DNA of 59,817 nucleotides, filler included. It is 5 parts of 5 records of this genome, joined end to end, with 100 filler letters (N's around TTAATTAATTAA, not from the genome) between each part and the next. Parts side by side here need not be neighbours in the genome. Positions count along the whole stretch, not along the records: positions 51,837 to 59,817 come from SRR31156797_15763; 4 more parts are not named here. One strand, given 5' to 3'. This document shows, piece after piece, positions 53,925 to 59,817 of this stretch; position 1 is the stretch's first letter; every line of letters begins with the position of its first letter. The notes beneath the pieces were generated by a model that did not search any database, was not told the origin of the DNA, and saw nothing but the letters and a program-made list of their open reading frames with translations. Made by a program: the position numbers and the translations under genes.

Positions 53925-55189
53925 CCCTGTCCGATCTCCGGAATCATGGCCTTGTAGGTACGGGCAAGTTCCCTGACCAATCTCTTGTTATCAAAATCCC
54001 GCTCCACCCGTTTTCGTGCCTCCCGTGTCACCCGCCTGCGAAGCGCCTCATCCGTCAGCAGTGTCTCCATGGCGTCGGCCAGCTTTGCCGGGTTCTTGGG
54101 CGGCACCATCCGCCCTGTGACACCGTCCTCCAGGAACTCCGGCAAACCGGACACATCGGTTGCCACCACGGGAAGATTCATGGCCATGCTCTCGGCCATG
54201 ACATTGGGAATGCCGTCCCTGTCCCCGTTCCTGGCGATCTGGCATCCCAGGACAAAGAGATCCGATTCCGCGTAATGGGAGATCACCTCTTCATGGGTCA
54301 GGGTGCCGCAGAGCCGGGTCGTGTCGCCAAGTGCCAGCTCGTTGATCAGGTCCAGGATCTTCTCTCGGTCGTCCCCTTCGCCGATGAGGGTGTGCCTGAA
54401 ATCGATTCCCCGGTCCCTCAGGATGGCCAGGGCCCGGTAAACCGTTTCAAGGCCCTTTTTTTCCGTGATCCGTGCCACGGTGATGATCCTGTAGGGGGGA
54501 ACCGCGGACAGGCGCTTTCCGTCCGAAGAGAAATAGTCCAGGTTGATCCCGTGGTAGACGCAGAAGAGAGGGGTGGTGCTTGCGGCCGAGAGCGTGGAGA
54601 GATATCGCTGGTTGTACCGGGTGCAGGTCACGACAAAGCGCGCCATGTCGATCTTCTCCCTCAGCTGCCTTGTGTCCGAGGTGTAGATATCCTTTGCATG
54701 GGCAAAGAAACTGAAGGGCAGCCCGGTCAAGAGGCTGGCAAACATGGCCACCGAGGTGGGGGAGTGGGCAAAGTGGGCATGGAAATGAACGATGCCCTTT
54801 CCCGGCAAAAACCGATGGACCAGGACCCCTGCCTGGAGCAGATGCTTCACGGTGGCCGACCGCCGGGTCCTGAACCACCGCTGCACCGCTTTTTTCATGG
54901 CCTTGAAGTAGGGCCGGGGCCGTTTCAGGGCCAGCAGCAGGTTGTGGTACAAAAGCATATGCAGATGGGGCAGGATGCTGGAGGGAAGATAATCCACCCC
55001 GGCCCGGATCGCCTTGACGCTGGCATGGGTGAACGGCTCCCGGGGATGCCGCATGGAGATGATGTGAATCCTGTACCCAAGGGATTCAAGAATAAGTATT
55101 TCGTTGGAGATAAAGGTTTCCGATATCCTGGGATATCCTTTCAAAACCATACAAAGGGTCGCTGGTGATCTGTTTTCCGCTGTTTTCAT
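53921..55189 (-). CDS. Glycosyltransferase family 4 (WcaL-like)
   Basis: KGYPRISETFI, HFHAHFAH, DRDGIPNVMAESMA. Confidence 0.92.
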   Translation of the reverse strand: MKTAENRSPATLCMVLKGYPRISETFISNEILILESLGYRIHIISMRHPREPFTHASVKAIRAGVDYLPSSILPHLHMLLYHNLLLALKRPRPYFKAMKKAVQRWFRTRRSATVKHLLQAGVLVHRFLPGKGIVHFHAHFAHSPTSVAMFASLLTGLPFSFFAHAKDIYTSDTRQLREKIDMARFVVTCTRYNQRYLSTLSAASTTPLFCVYHGINLDYFSSDGKRLSAVPPYRIITVARITEKKGLETVYRALAILRDRGIDFRHTLIGEGDDREKILDLINELALGDTTRLCGTLTHEEVISHYAESDLFVLGCQIARNGDRDGIPNVMAESMAMNLPVVATDVSGLPEFLEDGVTGRMVPPKNPAKLADAMETLLTDEALRRRVTREARKRVERDFDNKRLVRELARTYKAMIPEIGQG

Positions 55190-56411
55190 CTTTTTCGCTC
55201 CTGAATATCGATATCCGTTTACTGATCGCATCTGTTCCCGTCATCCTGAAATGGTCCATGGCCTCTTGAAACGGCTTTTGAAAAGCCAGCATCTCGCCGA
55301 TTTTCTCCTTCAACCCTGCCGGATTCACCCGGCTCCAGGCAATGTAGTCGAGAAGATGACACCCCTTCATGGCCCTTGCCCGGATGAGCTGCTCCTGCCT
55401 CGGGGTCTCCCGGGGAATCACCAAAGCAAGGGTCTTCTGGGAAAGGAGTTCGCATACGGTGTTGTAGCCCCCCATGGAGATGACAAGGTCCGAGGCCGAA
55501 ATGAGCACCTCCATATCCGTGACAAAGCGCCACACCGTTACGCCAAGGTCCCTGGCGCGCCTTTCTATGGCCCCATGGTCCTTCCGGGAGAGAAAGGGGC
55601 CGGTAACCATCAGGCTTTTAAAGGAGGAAGGGGCGTTCGCCGCCTTCATCCCCTCGAGCATGGTAAGGAAAGCATCCAGCACATGGAAACCGTCCCCTCC
55701 CCCGCCCGTGGTCACGGAGACAAGGTGCTCATGGTCGGCCATCCCAAGTTTCCTTCTCATTTCAACGACCCGGGATGCCGGGGGCCGGTTTCGTGAAATG
55801 TATCCGGTGAAACGCACTTTTTCGGCAATGTCCGGAGGGATTGCATACTCCTTCACCGGATCGTACAGCGCCTTGTCCCCGTACACCCAGACTTCGCTGT
55901 AGAGCTGCTGAATGGCCGAATAGACCCCCTTTGTTTGCCAGTCCGTCCGAACGGTCCCGGCATCGTCCATCACATCCCTCAGCCCCAGCACCGTTCTGCA
56001 CGTTTTTAAATGGCGCTGCATCCATTCCAGGGTCGGCATCACTTCCTGTTTCAGGCCCAGGGGCTCCTTGTCCACGATAAAGAGATCCGGCTTAAACGTG
56101 GCCGCGGTGGCCAGGATGATATTCTTCCTGATCTCCATGGCATGCCCGGAATCGATTTTGATGGACAAAGGCGCGTAGTCGTCATTGCCCTTCTTGATCA
56201 TGCCCGGGATGCGCACAAAATCCACAAACCCGGGTAACTTGAACCTGCCTGCCAGGGGAGAGCCGGTCAGGATCAGGATATTGGTCCCGGGCCGGCTCAG
56301 GTGGCCGGCAATGGCCAGGGTCCGCCGTATGTGCCCAAGGCCGTATGTATCGTGGGAATACATGAGGATATTGAACGTCGGTTTCGCTTCCATGGGCCGC
56401 TTTCTATTCAT
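55086..56411 (-). CDS. GT-B glycosyltransferase (GT28-like)
   Basis: YSHDTYGLGHIRR, TTGGGGDG, SMGGYNT, PRQEQLIRA; start overlaps the cytochrome stop. Confidence 0.9.
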   Translation of the reverse strand: MNRKRPMEAKPTFNILMYSHDTYGLGHIRRTLAIAGHLSRPGTNILILTGSPLAGRFKLPGFVDFVRIPGMIKKGNDDYAPLSIKIDSGHAMEIRKNIILATAATFKPDLFIVDKEPLGLKQEVMPTLEWMQRHLKTCRTVLGLRDVMDDAGTVRTDWQTKGVYSAIQQLYSEVWVYGDKALYDPVKEYAIPPDIAEKVRFTGYISRNRPPASRVVEMRRKLGMADHEHLVSVTTGGGGDGFHVLDAFLTMLEGMKAANAPSSFKSLMVTGPFLSRKDHGAIERRARDLGVTVWRFVTDMEVLISASDLVISMGGYNTVCELLSQKTLALVIPRETPRQEQLIRARAMKGCHLLDYIAWSRVNPAGLKEKIGEMLAFQKPFQEAMDHFRMTGTDAISKRISIFRSEKDENSGKQITSDPLYGFERISQDIGNLYLQRNTYS

Positions 56412-57789
56412 GGTTAAACCGTCCTCCCGTGTCCGCCGGATCCCCATCATATCCCAGGGCCTTGAAATCGATCACCCCGGCGGGCCGGTGGCAATCCAGG
56501 CAGGACAGGGCCGCCTCCTTTGGAACCACCCCATGGTTCAGGCGCCAGTACATGGATGTCATGGCAAAATCGACCTTGCCGCTGAACTTGAGTCCCGCCG
56601 CCTTCATGCCCTTTTCCGCCGCTGTTTTCCAGTCCCGGGTGGCAAGGAAACCGTCCGGCCCGATCAAATGGGGAACAATAAGGGTCCGGTTTTCAGGGTC
56701 CATTGCCTGGCGGCTCTTCACCACCTTGTAGGGGGTGATCTTTGCCAACGGGTCCTTGATGCCGCCCTCGGGCGGGTTCAGCTCGGTGACGCCGCCGGAT
56801 GCGATGGGATCGCCCTTGAGATATCTGCGGTGTTTTCCATTATACCAGGCATAGGACGGCCGTAAATTCCTTTCTTTGATGGACAGGCCCAGCTTACTAT
56901 ACATCTCTATCCGATTTTCATTTTTTTTCAAGACCTTGATTGTGCCATCGCCCCTGGAGTTGTCCCTGTATGTCAACGTATGCTTTTTTTTCGCAAAGGT
57001 TGGAATATGACAGGTCTGGCACGCAATGGCACTGCAATGGTCATTCAGCTGTCCCAACAGCGGGGCGGAGCTGTCATGGGGATTTTCATCATGACAATCG
57101 ATGCAGGATACAACGCCCTCGCTCACCGATGAGGTTGTGCTGCTGCCCGCGATCCTGTGCCGATCCGTGGTATGGCACTCCTGGCAGGTAAAATCCTCCC
57201 CTCCCATATGGACATCAAAGGCGGCGGAAGGATTCAGCAATTCGCTGCTGAGGTCGCCATGCTTGATGTTGTCACCGCCTCCGCCATACCAGTGGCAGGT
57301 GCCGCAATTGGCTCTTCCGGGGGATCCCACATTCCTGGCGATTTCCCCAAGGTCAATCCCTTTATCCGGATACCCGCATCGATTCTTTTTCTTGGCATAT
57401 TTCCCGGTGGTATCATGGCAGATGAGGCAATCGACATTGGCCATATCCGTAAAATCAAACGATTCGTCCTTCCAGCCATAACCGGCATGGCATTTGGTGC
57501 ACCCGCACCAATTGGATTCAATGCTCACTCAGTAGTCGTTCATCAGATTTATCTTGCCCAGATCGGCCCGGTTCTCATGGCCTTTCAAAAACGGCGTCTC
57601 CCCCTTCCAGCGCCAATGGGCTGTTTTCATGAAATCCCGGCCCTCCTTGGCATGGCATTCCACGCATTGCCGGGTCACCTCCCGGGCATCGGCATAGGAT
57701 GCTTTCATCAATTTAGAGTGATCCTCCCGGCCATGGGACGGAGCGCTGAACAACATAAGAACCGCCAAAACACAGATTGTCCGAATCAT
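56404..57789 (-). CDS. Octaheme tetrathionate reductase (Otr)-family cytochrome c, 461 aa, with in-frame UGA at codon 87 (probable selenocysteine)
   Basis: AAGGAGG RBS, signal peptide, eight CxxCH motifs across the two in-frame ORFs; HWRW..GK..NDY-UGA..SN..CTKCHAGYGW matches the Otr pattern. Confidence 0.88.
57490..57531 (-). promoter_or_regulatory. UGA plus bacterial SECIS-like stem-loop
   Basis: Minus strand TGA GTGAGCATTGAATCCAA TTGGTGC-GGGT-GCACCAA ATGC: 7-bp stem, G-rich loop 25-28 nt after UGA, extra GCAT/ATGC pairing. Confidence 0.75.
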
Positions 57790-57881
57790 GATACCTCCTT
57801 TTGCGGCATTCCCCTGGCACAGAACAATGCCGCTTCTTTCGTTTAAAGACCGGTCTGTACCGCCATCGTCATTCTCTCCAT

Positions 57882-57897
57882 AGCAGGATTCGTGCCA
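57882..57897 (-). promoter_or_regulatory. Sigma54 (-24/-12) promoter for the cytochrome/glycosyltransferase operon
   Basis: TGGCACGAATCCTGCT versus consensus TGGCACG-N4-TTGCW. Confidence 0.75.
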
Positions 57898-58009
57898 TCC
57901 GGATATTCTTTGATCGCTTTGCCGTTTCATGGGGGGCAGATTCCTTTGGAATGGGGTATAGGCGATGGCAGATGTTTGGATCTCCCTCCCCGTGTCGTTC
58001 TGTTTGTTG

Positions 58010-58053
58010 CGTTACTGAGCGTTACTAAACGTTACGTAACGTTAGGTTGCGTT
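58010..58053. promoter_or_regulatory. Five CGTT motifs at 10-bp phasing containing a perfect 16-bp palindrome (candidate activator binding site)
   Basis: CGTT at 58010, 58020, 58030, 58040, 58050; AACGTTACGTAACGTT at 58028-58043. Confidence 0.6.
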
Positions 58054-58138
58054 GTGCCTCCGGGCCTGGGAAGCTGTTTGAGCGGGTGCAGGGAGGATAA
58101 TTGCACCTATATAAGGCGCCAATCGGCTTTTTAGTGTG

Positions 58139-58154
58139 TGGCATCAATATTGCT
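58139..58154 (+). promoter_or_regulatory. Sigma54 (-24/-12) promoter for the DUF1638 gene
   Basis: TGGCATCAATATTGCT, correct GG-N10-GC spacing. Confidence 0.7.
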
Positions 58155-58232
58155 AATCGTTGGATCAAGAGGCCCATGGCATGGTTTTGTCATATGCTTA
58201 TTCTCAATAACTTAAAGGAGGGCTGTTTTACA

Positions 58233-58886
58233 ATGGGTAAACGATCTTTTTCAGATACGGCTATTGTGGCCTGCGGCACCATGGGGCTTGAGATCCATCA
58301 CCTGAGAGCGGAGGGCTTTCTGGATACGGATCATCTTTTTTTCACCACCCCGGGGCTTCACCAGGATATCCGGGTCCTGGAGAAGCAGCTGGTGGCCAGG
58401 ATCGGAAAGGCGAAAGTCGTTGCCAATGGGGTGATCGTGGTTTACGGAGGCAAGTTTTGCTATGTGAACCCGGATAATCCGACACGGCTCATGAAGCACA
58501 TTATTGAAGAGCAGGGGCCTAAGGTGACAAGGGTTAACGCGACCCATTGCATGGGGATGCTGGCCACGGAGCAGGAGATGAAAATGATTGCCGATGTTGT
58601 TTCAGGCGGAGAACCGGTCTGGTGGATGACACCGGGGTGGGTGAAATACAGGAAACAGGTGTTCAAGGGATGGGACAAAGGGGTGGCCAACGAGAATTTT
58701 CCGAGGCATACCGGTGGTGCCGTCGTTCTTGATGGCATCGGCTACCTTGATCGCTACATGGCTGAGGACCCCGAGGGATTCCTTGAATATTGCGACTGGA
58801 TGGGGATTTCCATGCAGGCTTATCCCATCACCCTTGACCGGTTCAAGGGACTGCTGGTCGAAGCGTTAAATAATTTGAATGGTTGA
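58233..58886 (+). CDS. DUF1638 domain-containing protein
   Basis: IVACG..E, PGLH, VVYG..C, HC, WMTPGW pattern; AAGGAGG RBS. Confidence 0.75.
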   Translation: MGKRSFSDTAIVACGTMGLEIHHLRAEGFLDTDHLFFTTPGLHQDIRVLEKQLVARIGKAKVVANGVIVVYGGKFCYVNPDNPTRLMKHIIEEQGPKVTRVNATHCMGMLATEQEMKMIADVVSGGEPVWWMTPGWVKYRKQVFKGWDKGVANENFPRHTGGAVVLDGIGYLDRYMAEDPEGFLEYCDWMGISMQAYPITLDRFKGLLVEALNNLNG

Positions 58887-58902
58887 TTAGGAGAACTGTT
58901 AG

Positions 58903-59817
58903 ATGAAAAGAAAGGTTGTACTGGCGCATGATTCAGGTTTGGGACATAAAATCTCCATGGGAATGGGGTATTTCAAGAAAACAATGAAGGTCGGTTTCTG
59001 GATCTTGGGCCTGGTGGGCGTTTTTCTCGCTTTCGCACCTGCCTCGGTGAAAGCTGGGGTCTCTTTGCTGGATAAAGGGGGCTTTAAGGCCGACCTCTCC
59101 CTGGAGATGGCTGCCGGCGTATTCGCCATCCAGAACGCCCATTGGGGGGATCCGGAAGAGAACAAAGGGTATGCTGACGGGTATATTAAACCGGTCGTGA
59201 ATGTCTCCTATGATCTTGGCAATGCGGGAAGCCTTTACGGAGGACTCAGCTATGCCGCTTCTTTCAGCTATGGTGATGACGGCGGCTGGGGAATGTGGGA
59301 AGGTGATACCGAGGAGATCGAATCTGAGCAAGCCTATATCGGATGGAAATCAGGGACGTTGTTCAGCTCCTTGGGAAGGGATTTCCTGGATATCTCTTTG
59401 GGTGAACAGGAGTTTCAAATCGGCGATGGTTTTTTACTCTATGACGGAGAATCCGACGGCCGGTACGGCGCTTTCTGGACCGCCCCCCACAAGTCGTTTG
59501 ATTTTTCCGCCATTGTTCGCCTGAACGCCAGGCCGGTCCGGGCCGATCTCTTCTATCTTGAGACGGACAAGGACAAGGACAACACGGATCTTTACGGTGT
59601 CAATATTGAGTATATCAACGAAACCCTCGGTACTGTCGGTGCAACATGGATGTTGATCAGCGATGTTGACAAGGATGGTTCAGGCGGATATGGCAGCCGT
59701 GACGGCATGAATGTCTACAGCATCCGGGGACAAGGTTCCCCCCTGGCTTCCCTGGGCCTTGAGAATCTTTTTCTCTCCTTTGAGTATGCCCTGGAAACAG
59801 ATGGCGACCGTGTTGAA
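58903..59817 (+). CDS. Outer-membrane beta-barrel (alginate export/AlgE-like), runs off the window end; absent from the ORF track
   Basis: AGGAG RBS, open frame to the end; signal peptide; EQAYIGWKSG..DISLGEQEFQIGDGFLLYDG and alternating beta-strand pattern. Confidence 0.7.
   Translation, partial: MKRKVVLAHDSGLGHKISMGMGYFKKTMKVGFWILGLVGVFLAFAPASVKAGVSLLDKGGFKADLSLEMAAGVFAIQNAHWGDPEENKGYADGYIKPVVNVSYDLGNAGSLYGGLSYAASFSYGDDGGWGMWEGDTEEIESEQAYIGWKSGTLFSSLGRDFLDISLGEQEFQIGDGFLLYDGESDGRYGAFWTAPHKSFDFSAIVRLNARPVRADLFYLETDKDKDNTDLYGVNIEYINETLGTVGATWMLISDVDKDGSGGYGSRDGMNVYSIRGQGSPLASLGLENLFLSFEYALETDGDRVE

Noticed and set aside
57529-57531. Nonsense mutation making the cytochrome a pseudogene or two genes
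   Set aside because: The stop is UGA at an expected Cys position with a SECIS-like hairpin and both halves are intact; disfavoured but not formally excluded
52241-57846. Many overlapping plus-strand ORFs in the glycosyltransferase/cytochrome region
   Set aside because: Antisense shadows of the minus-strand operon

Overview
The window is a composite of five unrelated contigs joined by artificial N/TTAATTAATTAA spacers (11830-11929, 19710-19809, 34700-34799, 51737-51836). (1) 1-11829, very AT-rich and Firmicute-like, is an almost complete Tn7-like transposon with gene order tniQ-fusion, tnsD-like, tnsA, tnsB, tnsC. It has inverted TnsB-box repeats at both contig ends and carries defence cargo: a fused R-M enzyme plus S subunit, McrC and IS3 remnants, and a truncated M48 peptidase. 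Its first TniQ is fused to a paralogous copy of the element's own TnsB end-binding region. (2) 11930-19709, GC-rich and proteobacterial, holds sugar-acid catabolism genes, LacI/GntR regulators and four orphan ORFs. (3) 19810-34699, Bacteroidota-like, holds a giant repetitive T9SS type-B CTD protein, a TonB-plug protein, a PLP transsulfuration enzyme, glgB and a GSCFA protein. (4) 34800-51736 is Vibrionaceae core chromosome (yicC to ftsY) with SOS boxes, a Fur box and a dense DnaA-box cluster between glpE and rpoH. (5) 51837-59817, Desulfobacterota-like, holds a glycosyltransferase operon headed by an octaheme tetrathionate-reductase-family gene. That gene has an in-frame UGA at a conserved Cys position followed by a SECIS-like hairpin, so it is a probable selenoprotein, and it lies next to divergent sigma54 promoters. 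Top candidates for novelty are the TniQ::TnsB-DBD target selector and the Sec-containing octaheme cytochrome. All family and taxon assignments are from motif recognition by eye; no database searches were run.
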